This document shows positions 1 through 13,100 of a DNA stretch of 64,000 bases, piece by piece (position 1 is the stretch's first letter; every line of letters starts with the position of its first letter). The stretch covers positions 372,001 through 436,000 of the forward strand of contig JAPMXV010000053.1 of assembly GCA_026936335.1 (NCBI GenBank), in the 5' to 3' direction. A model generated the notes under the pieces. The model made no database searches. It was not told where the DNA came from and saw only the letters and a list, made by a program, of their open reading frames with translations. The stretch comes from Mantamonas sphyraenae STR306. Lineage: Eukaryota; Protista; CRuMs. Made by a program: the position numbers and the translations under genes.

Positions 1-3000
1 CTGGTAGACGCCGCCTGCACCCTCATCGGCACCATCTCCAATTCGGACAACGTGCTGCACAACACGCAAACCTACATTGCCATGCGCGTCCTCAGCGAGC
101 TGCGCAATCTCCACGTCACTGATGCGGCTCAGTTCCTCCTCCAAGGCGGTTCGTCGGCCACCCGAGGCGCCGTCTTCCATCCGGGCATTGTCCTCTACGC
201 CATCGACATCATGAAGAATGTCGTCAGCCACAGCGTGCAACTCGGAGCTGCGGGCGGGCAGGCAAACAGTGCCCGTCGCCGAAGGCGCAACCGCCGCACA
301 CGCACGTTCTCCATCCTCTCGCCGTCCACGAGCATGTCCTTTGGAGACCTTGACTTTGACTGCATGGGCGACTACACACCATCCGAGCGGCTCATGTACC
401 TTGTAAAGCCCTCGTCGTCGTCCGAGTTTCTCGACCTCATGTTTTCGCTCATGTGCGTCGCCTACGACCAGTACATTGAGTTTATGGATGGTCACCACTC
501 GGGCGCCGATACAAGTATTGATGTGGCCACTGCTGACGACATCTGGTTTCAAGATTTGTTCTCGGATGCGTCAGAGGCTGGCGAAGCAAGCGCCGCTGAG
601 AACAAGCCCAGCCCCGTCAGCGGCAGTGGCAACGACACAACCGTGACTGCGATGCACTCTGCTGCGTCACAGGACGCGATCGACTTTCTGCTCGTGGCCA
701 GCGCTTGCCAAAGCTTTCTGCGAAACAGCATCTTGGCGAGCGGTTCCGGCACTCTGTCGCGGTACGTGCTGTCTTCGTTTGCCCCGTGGCATGTGGATGC
801 TCTGATGCACGTGATGCAGGCGACGCAGAAGCACAAGGGTCAGCATGAATCGGAACACTGCGAAATGATCGCCAACCTGCGCGCGCTGGGGGCCTTTGTC
901 ATCGAAGGCAAGGGTGGCCTGGTGGACCTCAAGGTGCAACCTGACCTCATCGAACACCTGTGCTCGTCGGACGGCGCTTGGAACGAGTCTCTTGCGGGGG
1001 AGAGCATGTGCTTTGTTGCGCGGTGGTTCGCCAACTCGGTGGCCAAGGAACCAGCCGGAGCGAATGCCCTTGCGTCCAAGGTGTGGCGTGCGGTGCTGAC
1101 CCGCTTCCAACAGCTACTCGAGGACGACTCGGACAATGTGGGCGGTTGGAACGTCGAAACCATCCAGTGGCTGGCGTTTGTGTACACCCTGCTCACCGCG
1201 GCGTCCAAGGCCATTGTGATGGCGCAGATGCTGGATGTCCTCGAAACACGCCTGGTCAAGGACCAAGCGTGGAGCAATGGGACAGCAACAGGTGTTGGCA
1301 TGCCTTGTTCAGCTGTGGGAGTTTGCATTGCATCACGGTTCGGGGTTGCCCGAGGACCTGGTGTCGTGTGTCCACCAGAACTTGTTTGCACGTGCCACCA
1401 CGAAAACCGAGCCAAAGCGCTCGCCTTCGTCTGTGGATGCATCGCTTTTTGAGCTGGGTGGTCCTCTGACGGACAGCAAGCTGAACACCTACGAGAGCCT
1501 CGCGGACAAGACCGCCTGGGTTGTCAGCACCTTGCAACAAGACGAACAGAGCCTGTTGGGTGTGTTGGGCGTGGACAGCGTGCACGGAGAGTCGTACACA
1601 AAGGCATACACGCGCATGTGCACCCTTTTGGATGCGAGCGTGTTTGCCGAGTCACAGCGATCGTGTGCTACGGATCAGGCTTTCCTGTGCGTGTGGCGCG
1701 CTCTGTCACGATTGCCTGTCCCGGATGCGTGGCGCAGTAGCCTTGTGAGCGGCCAGGTGTGGGACGGCATGCTCGACAGCGATGCTGCGCTGAACAACAG
1801 TGACATTCATCGCATCCGACTGGTGACACGCACTTTGTGCACCTCGTCGACGGCACCAGGTGCCACGACTGTCCTGCGGCACGTGAACTGGAACAAGCAC
1901 TGGCAGGCGAGCCTGGCTGTGCTGGGTCGCATAGGGCAGGGCAGCGCCAACGCGTCTTCCTTGCGCGCAGAGCTGTTCACCTGCTGCCTCGTCACCTTTG
2001 TCAAAGTAGGCGTGGCAGCGATGAACAAGCAGACGACAACGTCGACGACAACGTCCTCTTCGTCAAGCAGCGTCTCGGTGGGCATGACCTCTTCGCTGTC
2101 ATCCACGGCAGGAATGAGCGAGGCCAGCAACACGGACGCCGCCACGACTTCTGCAGCACGCGGGGGCAATGCGTCTCTCAGTCAGTACTGGGAGCACTCA
2201 TCAGAAAACTCGTCCTGGGGCGACATGGGCGTTCAGTGGATGGGATCCATGTTGCAATCTCAACACCAGATGCACGAAAATATGCCGGACATGGACGCCG
2301 GGTTGGACATGATGGAAGAGGAGGAAGAGGAAGAGGAGGAAGAAGAAGAGGAGGAGGAGGATGAGGATGAGGATGAGCAAGGTTTGGGTCATCGCCACAG
2401 GGACCGCGCCGCTGGCGATATTGAATTCACCATGGAGGACGTGGTGGACGTGCAAGGCGTGGACGAGACGCTGAGCGCGCTTGCCAACTCGTCCCACGAG
2501 GACAGCGCGCTGACTTCGCTTCTGCAGAGCATCGCCAGCAGCGACGGCCCGCAGTACGAGTCGTCGCGTGTGCAGGCACGCAACAGGGCAGAGGTCAAGG
2601 CAAACAGCGGACGCAGCAACAATGCAACGTCGGCGGAAGCCAAAGCGACCAAGAGCAAAAAGGCAAAGACACCGCTGCAACGGTACACTTCTCGCTTCCC
2701 CACGCTCAGCCCGAGGTGGGCAGTACGGCACATGCTCTCGTTGCGGAAGACGGTGATCTGGTTGCGTCGTTGCTGGCGTTGGTGCAGAGGCAATGCTCGG
2801 TGATGCGGGCCCAGGTGTCGACGTATTTGGAAAGCATGGCAGTGAAGGCCCTGGGCGGTGGAGACGTTGCCGACGATGTGGTGCGTGCATCTGCATCTAC
2901 GCTGCAGGCGTTGATGCAGGTCGGTCTGGAACACGAGGTCATGCAGGACGTGTTTGCGGGCATGGAGGTGGACGGCGTGGTGCACGAGCAGATGCAGCTG

Positions 3001-6000
3001 GTGAACGATTCGCCCATTTCCAAACATACTCTGGCCGCCAACATGATGCAGGTGCCGTATCTGCCGCCGTGGCAATTGGACCTGAATCTGTGGGAGTGCA
3101 CGCTGGACGCCTTGGCGGTGAATCTGGCGATGCACACGAGTCCCGGCAGCTGGAGCGATGAAGACAGGCAGTTTGCGAGCCGCCTGGCTTCGAGCCAACG
3201 TGTAGTGCACACATGCTTGGCTGCCCTCTCGCGAGTGGTGGCATGCATCAAGAGCCGCAGCGGCGACGCAGAAGACGAAACGCCGCTGGAAGTGCTGCGC
3301 TCACAGCTGTCGTCCATGTCACCGACGTTCTTGTCGCTGCGCAGCGACGTGATGGTGGACCGACGCATCGCCACACTTGCAGGCAGCTTGCTGGAAGAGG
3401 CGTCGCCGGATGGAGGCAGCCGAAGTGACGAGGTGAGCTATTGGCTGGCACAAACGCAGTTTGTGATCCAGAGTGTGCTCGATAGTGCGCTTCTGCAAAG
3501 CGACAAGGCGGCAGCTGGGGTCAGCAAGGGGGTGCAGACGTTCATCAGCACGTTGGAACCCAGCCTGGCTGTGTTGGGCAGCAACCGCAGCGAGGTGGTG
3601 GAATTTGCGAGCAGCAACAACAGGACAGCGATCAAGCTGTGGCTGCAATGCATGGCCCAAAGCCGGCAGCAAGGCTTGACGAGCGCACTGTGCTCGTTTC
3701 TCATCAGCATTTTGAGGATGCCCGACAGTGACAGCGACTCGTTGCCTGTGGCGTTGGATGCGTCTGGAGACAGGAGCTTGCAGTACGTGCACGCAGGATG
3801 CGTGGAGCATGTATGTGCAGCCATGGTGGACTTGGGGGCGGACGTTGTGCAACGTTGGCTGGAGAACACACTTGTGCTGGCGAGCACGAACGACGATCTG
3901 CAGGCGGCTCTGGTGCAGCTGATGTGCATGCTCATGCCAGAGACAGGCAATGGCCTCGGCAGTGTTTCCAAGGCAATGGCCGAACTTGCGCTGGAGTCGA
4001 GCCTGAACCTCGTGCCTCTGTTTGTAGGGGACCACCCGGGCGCTGTCAGCACCCTGCTGGAAGCGACCCAAACACTGGCTGTGGCATTGGACAGTGTCGA
4101 GAGGCTTGTGCCTGTGCTCATGCTGCAGCTCGCTGCATGGGAGACCCGTCTGGAGGAGGAACCGCTGCAAGACGCAGAGCTGGAGGCGGTCACGGCTGTG
4201 GCGCGCTTTGTGACCGAGGTGTTGGTGGGGTGTGTGAACAGGGAGAGCTCAGAGGCAGCTGCGGACGCCCTGTCGGGTCTGAGTGCACTGGAAGAACAGG
4301 TTCCGTCCACACCTGCCTGCGACTCCGGAGCCAGCGAACGAGGGCGACAGCCAGGCCGAGGAGCACAGCGCAGTTGTTGTGGCTACGGTGGACGACGACG
4401 ACGTCCTGTCTGACGAGGATGGCGGAGAAGAAGACGAAGGGGACGACGGGGACGAGGAGTCTGCGAACGGGGCATCTGCAGGCACCAGCGGTGGCAGTGG
4501 CAGCACGGGCGGAAAGGGAGCCAGTGGCGAACGCTTGGGTGGAGGGCTGTTTGGCACTCAAAACAAGGGAGGCAAGAAAGAGCAGGACGCGACGCCGCTG
4601 CCCACGGATCGCTGTACGTTCTCTGTGACGGGACGCAACTTTCGTGAGCAGCCGTGGTACTACTGCTACACATGTCACCTGACACGCAGCGAGGGGTGCT
4701 GCTCTGTGTGTGCACGCACGTGCCACAAGGGCCACGATGTGGCGTACAGTCGCCGCTCGCAGTTCTACTGCGATTGCGCTGCTCGTGGCGGGTGCAGTTC
4801 GGTGTCGCCGTCGCAACCTGTTCCGCCCCCGAGCACGATCGAATCGCTGTTTGGGCGTGTGGAAGAGGCCGTCGCGGAGGCTTCGAGTGCGGTCGACGCG
4901 GAAGAGGACGCGGAACAAGGTTTCAAACCCACACCCTCTGTGTTTCCGTGGTGATGGAGGATCTGGAAGCAGACAAGAGCGCACCGGTACTGCCTGTCGG
5001 CACACAGCAGGCGATTTATGCTCAGCTGCGCGAGAACAACTTTGCGACGCGTGTCTTGACGCTGTACGAGCGACTGGCCAAGCTGATGGAGCAGCGTGCA
5101 GTTGGCAGGTTGCAGGAGGAGGAGGAAGAGGAAGCAGAAATGGCATCGTACGTGGCCAAAGACGTATTTGAGGGCGCCGAGGACGGCAAACAGTGCAGCT
5201 ACACAAAGAAGCTGGGGGTCATGGCGCGCATGAGCGCAAAGGGAGAAATCGAGATCCGCCACCACAAACACAGCCACCACAAGAGCAGCCGAGGAGGCCG
5301 TGGAGGGGGGCTGTTTGCATACAGAGATGGCCACCGACGAGGAAACAGCCACGGAGGTGATGGCCAGGGCAGCTCGGAGCGAGGGCTGTTTCTTGGGTCG
5401 ACAAGCGAGGGAGTGTATGTTGCGGCAGAGGGACAGCGGGTAGTTGTCTTTACCGCAGGAGCGCTGAGTGACATGGATGCACCTCTGGGCCAGACGATGG
5501 AGCGTGGCGCAGGCATGTCGCGCAGCTCGAGTGCGTCGCTGTCGTTTGATGTGCGTGGTGTGCTGGTGAACCCATGCAACGAGAGACATGTGGCCGTGTG
5601 GGGTACGACTGAATGCCAGGTGGTGACAGTCAGCGCCGGAGGCAAGGTGGAGGATGCACTGCCCATCATTTTGTCGCTAGAGTCGTTTGGGAGCAACCTG
5701 CGTATTGTGGCTGTGGAATGGCTGCCCGGATCACAGACCAAGCTGGCTGTGCTCACGAACGAGTTTGCCAAGGTGTACGACCTGAGCGAAGATGCATTTT
5801 CTCCCATCAACTACTTTACACTGCTGGACGACGAGGCGGTGGACATGGCGTTTGGAACGAATCGGGATGACCACTCGACGACGTTGCTTGTGCTGACGCG
5901 CAAGGGCAAGCTGTACTCGCAGACCCTGTTCCAGAGTGACGGAGGAGCATCCGTGATGACGGGTCAGGTGGAACTGCCTCCTGGAACGGGTGGAAGCGAG

Positions 6001-7102
6001 GGTCTTGCGTTGCACGTCTCTGCATCTCTGAACCTGGTTGTGATGAGCTTTGCAGATGGCCAAGTGGTTGCCGGGCGCATGGACAACTCGTACAGTGTAT
6101 TCTTGATGCAGATGTCCCTGGTGAAATTCCGCGGCCTGGCATATGAGGTTTCGCACGCGGACGTGGTGCCGCTTCAAGGGTTCCGTGAGCACCCGGAGAT
6201 GCCGGGCATGCTGCTTGCTGTGAACAAGAAACACGGAATGTGTGTGGCCATGGATCTGGAGGGTGACGAGATCCAGTATACAGTGCTGCTGGACGGTCCC
6301 GGATCGCACCGCCGTGCGGAAGGAATCGCACCCGTGCATGGCAAAGCGGCCGAGTCGGTGTGTGACTCTGCTCGCCCGGGACGCATGGGATCGGTGATGC
6401 TGTTGCGCAGCAACGGCACGGTGTCTCATTGGGTACTGGACCGCGACGGTGTGGACAAGGAGAAGATGGCTGCGCTGGCTGGGAAGCGCGCGGCGGCGGC
6501 GGCGGCAGACAAGGGCAAGGGCAAGGCAAATACCAAGGCTGAGAAAGGCAAAAGAAGAAGAAAAAGGCGCCAGAGGTGCCGGATCGTAGCGAGAAGCCGA
6601 CTGTGCGCGGCATGGCGACGGCGCGCAAGTCGACGGGTGGAAAGGCGCCGCGCAAACAGTTGGCGGCCAAAGCAGCCAAAGCAGTGCGGAAAGAAGCGCG
6701 TGCGTACGCACATGGGGAGGAAGATGTGAAGGCGCCGATGTGGAGCGACGACTTTGAGGACGAGGAGCCTGAGGAGAAGCGAGGCAGCCTGTTCAAGACG
6801 ATGCGTGCGAGGCAAGCAAGCAGGGACTCGGCCGCCGGGTCGGACTCGGAGCCGGAGGATGGAGAAGAAGAGGAAGAGGAAGAGGAAGAGTATGAGATTG
6901 ACGAGGTCGCGGATGGCGCCGATTTGGACGGCGGGGCGGCAGTTAGTCAGCGAACGATGCATCTGTTGCACGAGGCCGAGGGTCGCGGCGGGAATCCATT
7001 TGCCTCTGTGCCGAAAGCAAGCTCTGGGAAGACGTCACTGTTTGGTGGAGTCAAGAGCGGGGAAAGGAGCACGGGATCTTTGTTTGGAAGCCGCGGCGCC
7101 GT

Positions 7103-7140
<38 letters not shown>

Positions 7141-10100
7141 GCATGCAAAGACAGGATTGGGGTGCGCCAAACATGTCTGAATTGGCAATGACGCCGTCGA
7201 TGAACGACGTGGCACGCAACGAGGGTGTAGCAGGTGGACCGGAGTTTGCAAAGGACTTCTTTGAGCGACTGCCTGTGATCACATCGAGCGTGGAGCTGAG
7301 CTCCACAAAGTTGAAAGCAGATGGGGAGGATTTGAAGAATGCGATGCAGAGGTACGGATACATGGGCATCGGGGGCGGCGAGAGCATGGATCTCCAGATT
7401 GCGTGCGATCCGTCGATGGTGATTGTCGGCGTGCAGCTGTACCTGTACAGCGAAGCCGGTGTGATCGGCTCTGTGAGCGTAGAGGGGGAGCGTGTGGTGC
7501 CTGTGCGTGCGTACAGGGACAGGCGCGTTCTGGATGTGCCGTTTACAGCGGCGGAAATCCTTGCGTCTCCGCACCATGCCACGCTGGAACTGCATCCGCG
7601 ATCGCAGACATCACGACGCACAGCCATCGAAGGCCTTCAGGTGTATGGAGTTCGTGCGAGTGAGTTTAAGCTGGCAGAGAAGGTTGCTGCGCTTGAGCGT
7701 TTGGAGGCTGAGCGAAAAGCTGTGCAGAAGCGCCTGCGTCGCAAGGTGCCACAGAGTGCACTGGAGCGCAGCGCAGTGCACGTGCTGCGTATGGCGACTG
7801 CATACTTTCTGAAACAGCCGGATGCGCTTGCCGGCGATGGGATGGTGAAGTGGAAGCAAACTCTGCCTCACAGTCTGAGCCAAGTGTCGATGCTGGTGGT
7901 GCACGAGAGCCTGGAAGAGCTGCTGAAGGCGATGCACGACGACGAGGAGAACTTCCTGCGCACAAAGGACCTTGTACACCTGGAACACCTTGTGCAGCAG
8001 CTGTCGGCGTCGCCCGTGTCGTCGCTGGCGGGAACGATGTCGTTGGCTGAGCTGAAGCACTTGCTGGCAAATATGGGCGCCATTGCACGCGAGCGTCCTC
8101 TTAACTTTGGGGCTTTCCTGAAGGAGCATGGGGAGGTCCCGTCCGTGCTTTGCGACCTGCTGGTGGCGGTGTACGAACGGCGAGCGCTACATGGGGAACA
8201 GGTTGTGTCCGCAGTCGAGTCGTTGATGGATGTGCTGTATGGCAATTTGCGTCACCTGTGGCAGGAATGCATCGACACACATGGCGAGACGGCAAAGGTG
8301 CACGCAGTGGCGAGCATCGAACCGGGAATGGCGTTGGTTGTGCGCATGGTGACGTTTGCATCGTCGTACAAGGTGCGTGCAGCTGCAGACCGGGCGCTGT
8401 TCTCTGCGGTGCTGCACACGCTTGCTCGAGAGTCGCACCTGCTGCGGCTGTCGGAGGACGGCGTGGTGGGCGGCGAGGACGAAAGTGACATCGGTGTGGT
8501 GAGCAATTTGTCAGAGGCCATTCTTGCGTGCCTGCTGAAGAACCTTCCGAGTATGGTGCACCTGGATGGCGAAGTTGCGTTGAACTACATGCACCTTGTG
8601 TCTGCGATGCTGTCCAGTTCGCCTTCGTCTGTGCTACGTGACGTGCGGCGCTTCGTCGCATGCGGCGTGCAGTTGTTCAAAGACGGTGATACCGTGGCGA
8701 GTGGGTTTGTTGGGCACAGTGCGCAGCAGGATGTGGAGCTCATGCTGCTGCAGCTGGTGCACAGCGTTTTCAAGACACAGCGACGTTGGGAGCGAGAGGC
8801 ACAGGGTACGGGCGAGGGCAGTGGCGCTGCGAAAGCCAAGACGGCCCCGCGTGTGGTGGAGCGTTTTGAGAATGTGGTGGAGCGTCTGCGAGTGGAGCTT
8901 CACGAGACGGGCCTTGCGCAGACTTTGCTTGAAGCAGCGCAGAGCTTGTTTGCGTACTGCGCGTCGCAGAGTGACGACTGGACGGGCGGAGTGGAAGAGA
9001 ACGAGGGTGGCTTGAGCAGCTTCAAGCAAGCTCTGCTGAGCAAGAAGCGCGAGACACCGCCTAGCAGCATTCCGCCGTTCTTTGGAGTGGAGCACGTACG
9101 GAAGTACGGGGACGACTTGTTCAAACCGTTCCGACAGATGTACCTGAACGTGCTGCTCAAGTCTGCGAGCGACTACTTTGGCGTCGTGTGGAAGGGAGTG
9201 CGTGAGCGGCACGGCGGCGACGAAAAGAGCGAAACGGTCGAGTCACTGGACGAGACGGACGCAGCGCTCTTCCACGGCTGGAAAGCGCTGGCGTGCCGTG
9301 TGATGTATCAAAGCCAGACGGAATTTGCGACCGAGGCGGCAAAGAAGCTGCTTCTGCAGCTGACGCGCAAGCGCAGTGCGTTCAACCGTGTGCGCGACTC
9401 GTTTGTGCTGGGGCAGGAGAGTGACAAGCTGATGGAAATCGGGTCACGCAGCGAGCAATTCACGGGGACAGTGAGCTATGACGACATTGCAGATACGATC
9501 GAGTGTGTGACTACGCTTGCTTCGGTGGCAAAGAAGCGGCCGGAGAACTGGCAGGCGTTTTGTGCTGAGCAGCGTGAGATGCCTGTGTTTCTGTGTCACA
9601 GCATGTTCCACATGGTGGAAAAGGCAGTGCTGCCGATGAGCCAACTGCTTGCGTTGCTGTTTGAAAGCAGCAGCGAAGAAAGGAAACCGAAGGGCAGCGG
9701 CGACGGGAGCACGCGCAGCGCAAGTCCGCTTCCTACGCTGGAGAGTGAAGCATCCATGGACACGTCTGTGGCAAGTGTAATGAGCAGCGGGGGCGACGAG
9801 GACGATGACACGGAGGGTGGTGCGGAGGCTGCGGTGGATGTGGCATCGCTGGTGGATGGTGATCTGATGCATCGTTTCGTAAGTGCGTTTATGTTGGAAG
9901 TGCGCAACGTGGAGGTGCGGATGAACGTGCGCGATTTCATGCTTGGCGTGTGGAAGCGAGCAGACAACGAGCAACGAGCTGTGCTGTTTGAGGTGGCTGG
10001 CGACTTGCTTGCGAGCCTGCCGTCGTACGGAGTGAACGGCCTGAGTGCAACGGAGCTGATGGCGTACATGGTGAGCGATTTGGGCAACAAGGGGACGCAG

Positions 10101-13100
10101 AGTGGCTCGTTTGCGCTGGACAAGTGGCTGGGCCAGGTGATGGAATGTGTGCAGTCGCAAAATGCACTGGTGAGCGAGCACAGCCACTCGGGCCTGTATC
10201 AAGCACTCGGGCAGGTGCTGGACCTGGGCGGATACTATCTGGAAAGCCAGCCGTGCTTGGTTTGCAACGACCCAGAGGTGCCGTTTAAGCGCATGTCGTT
10301 GGACATGGTGCGTGCAGAGATCAGATACACGGACAGTGCGATGATCACACGCTTCCGACAGAGCCTGGCGATCGAGAGTGTGATGGGCACTGTGACACCG
10401 CAAAAGGCGGGCAAGAGCGTGCAGACGTTGAATGTCTATTACACGAACCGCACAGTGAAAGACTTGGCGGAGCTGAAAACGATGAGTGCAAGCGGAGTGG
10501 ATGTGTGGAAGAAGGCCAAGAGCGTGCGCCTGAAGCCGCGACAAACCGAGGTGGCCATCCACTTCCCGGAGCCAATTCTGGCGTCGAACCTGATGATTGA
10601 GTACGCGACGCTGCACGAGGACGTGCAGTCGCTTGCCCAGGAGAAGCTGATGTGTCCTCGTTGCGGCAGGCATGTTCCAGACCGGTTTGGCAACTGCAAG
10701 AACTGCGGCGAGAACGCATACCAATGCAGGCAGTGCCGCAACATCAACTACGAGAACCTGCAGGCGTACCTTTGCAACGAATGCGGTCATTGTCAGTATG
10801 CACGGTACGACTGGTCCCTGAGTCAACGGCAGAATCTGGGCACAGGAGTGATTACGACCGACAGCGAGTACGAAGAGGCACTGGAGGCGCTGCGAAAGGA
10901 GACAGTGATGACAGACAGGCTATACAAGCAGCTGGGTGCGGAAATCGAACCCCTGATGCAGATGATCAATGATGACGGAAGCGAAGAGGCGCGGGAGGCG
11001 GTGGCAAAGGCATTGGTTGACGCGGAGGGCGAAGGGAGTTCGGAGTCTCTGGTGCGCAAGAACATCCGAGGGCTGAGTGCAAAGTATGGCAGGCGTTGCC
11101 GCCAAGGGTTTGGTATGCTGAGCAAGCGTGTGCAGCTGCTGATTTCCATTCGGCGGGAGGTGGTGCGGTACGTGAACCGCAGCGGAGGTGGAGGCGGACA
11201 TGGACATGAGGGAGGCAGTCGCCCTGCGGCAATGCTGGACAACAGGTGTTTTGGGTGTGCAAACAACTTCCTGTCGCAGATTGTGATGCTTCTGGAGCAG
11301 CTGGCAATGCAAAAGGAAGCAGGCGACAAACTGGTGAAGCTCGGCATTGTACAGGAGCTGATGGAGCACAGCATGTACCACAGCGACGTGGAGGCGCGCA
11401 AGCGTGCACGCAGTGTCATTTGCCAGTTTGTGCGCGGGCGTCCAGAGGCGCTGAATGTTGTGCTGGAGCACATTTCGTCCAAGATCCGCCTGTGCCTGGC
11501 CAACTGGTCGCGTCTGGATGTGCGCACGAGCGTACAGAACGAAATGACGCTGCTGAGCGAGTTGAGCGTACAGGCGGAGCAGCAGTGGGAGCCGCTGCTG
11601 CGTGTGTGCGTCGAGGAGCTGTTGCGAGCACTCGCTGCCGGCTATGACAAGCCCGCCGTTGTGGATCACATTGTGCGGCCGTTGCTGGCTGTGGTGCACA
11701 GATACTGCGGTGGCAAGCGCGGAGAGAATGGCGATAGCAGCAGTAGTAGTGGTGGTGGCGGTGGTGGTGGTGGCGGTGGCACCAGCGGCGACTCGGAGGG
11801 AGCGACGACGTCCTCGAATACGGTGGGTGGCGAAGCAGTTGCGAGTTTGCCTGTGATCTCGACGGCAGGATGGCTGGCCGGCAGCGCAGAATTTGCGTCG
11901 TGGAACACGGGTGAGTTGCAACAGATGAGTGGACAGCAGGCGAGCGCGTCGCAAGGGTTTGCCCTGATGCAGAGGCTGTTGTTGAACCGATGCAACGAAA
12001 GGGTGCGCGAGATGGCGTTGGACATGCTGATGGCCGTGGTGACGAGCAATGGGTCTCTTGCGAATCGCCTGGGGGTGCTGAAGCAGCTGATGGGACTGAT
12101 GGAGAGCGCGCAGGAGCAGCAGCTGGGAGGGGCAAGCAGGCAGCTTTTTGAGGGCATTGCAGAGGTGAGCAAGGGCCATGAGGAGGATGTGTGGGCGGCA
12201 CTGTCCAAGGAGGGCAACGTGGAGGTTCTGTGCGCGCTGATTGTGAAAGAAGTGCAGGGCATTGTAGCTCTTGAGGGTCAAGTGACGGCCGACTTTGAGC
12301 AAGGGTATGTGCTGGCGGCTCTGGTGGACGTGCTGATGCGCATGCTGGGCGTGGAGAGTGTATTCGAGCACTTTCAGCGTGAGAAACAGGTGCACCGTGT
12401 GCTGGAAGCGTTCCTTGCGCTGCGCGGTGTGATTGGCCAAAAGACGCGGTTGACGGACACTGCGCTGAAAATGCTGGAGGCACTGATCCAAAGGGTGGTG
12501 GAACAGGGTGAGGAGGCGCAAGCAGAGTACAGTGCAGGATGTGTGGCGGCGCTGAGGAAGCAGCGTGGGGGACGCAAGTCGCGTGCGCCTGTGTTTGTGT
12601 ACGAGCAGCTGTGCAACCTGATGTGTCCGGTGAAGCCCGATCCGGTGTACGAGCTGCAGCTGGACAAGTCGCGCACGCAGGAGGAATTTATCCGAGGAAG
12701 CATGACGCACAATCCGTACCGTTCGGACACGCTGGGCCCACTGATGCGTGACGTGAAGAACAAGATCTGCCTGGATCTGGAAATGGCTGGTTTGATTGAA
12801 GACGACAACGGGATGGAGCTGCTGGTGGCCGGGAACATCATCAAGCTGGACCTGCCTGTGAAACTGGTGTACGAGCAGGTTTGGGTGCCGCATTTCCGGG
12901 AGCGACACGGTGAGGAGGAGCGCGTGAGTCCGATGCGCGTGGTGTACAGGCTGCAAGGCTTGGACGGAGAGGCGACAGAGCCGGAGGTGGACTCGCTGGA
13001 GGAGGAGAGTGGAGAGGAACGCGACCCGGAAGAGGAGTTTGCGCTGACGGGCGTGATGAGCGAGTGTGGAGGGTTGGAGTTGATGCTGGAGCACCTGGGA

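Noticed and set aside
1235-6600. Five frame breaks in UBR4 as programmed frameshifting, tiny introns or pseudogenisation
   Set aside because: Four are repaired by one base in a short homopolymer (e.g. AATGGG ~1280, TTTCCG ~4945, GGCAAAAG ~6550); the one near 2600-2710 I could not pin down. Shifts go in both directions with no shared slippery motif and conserved domains are intact. Sequencing indels are most likely; raw reads would settle it.
6612-6800. A stand-alone histone H3 or CENP-A gene starting at ATG 6612
   Set aside because: No histone fold follows, and the frame continues for thousands of codons of UBR4.
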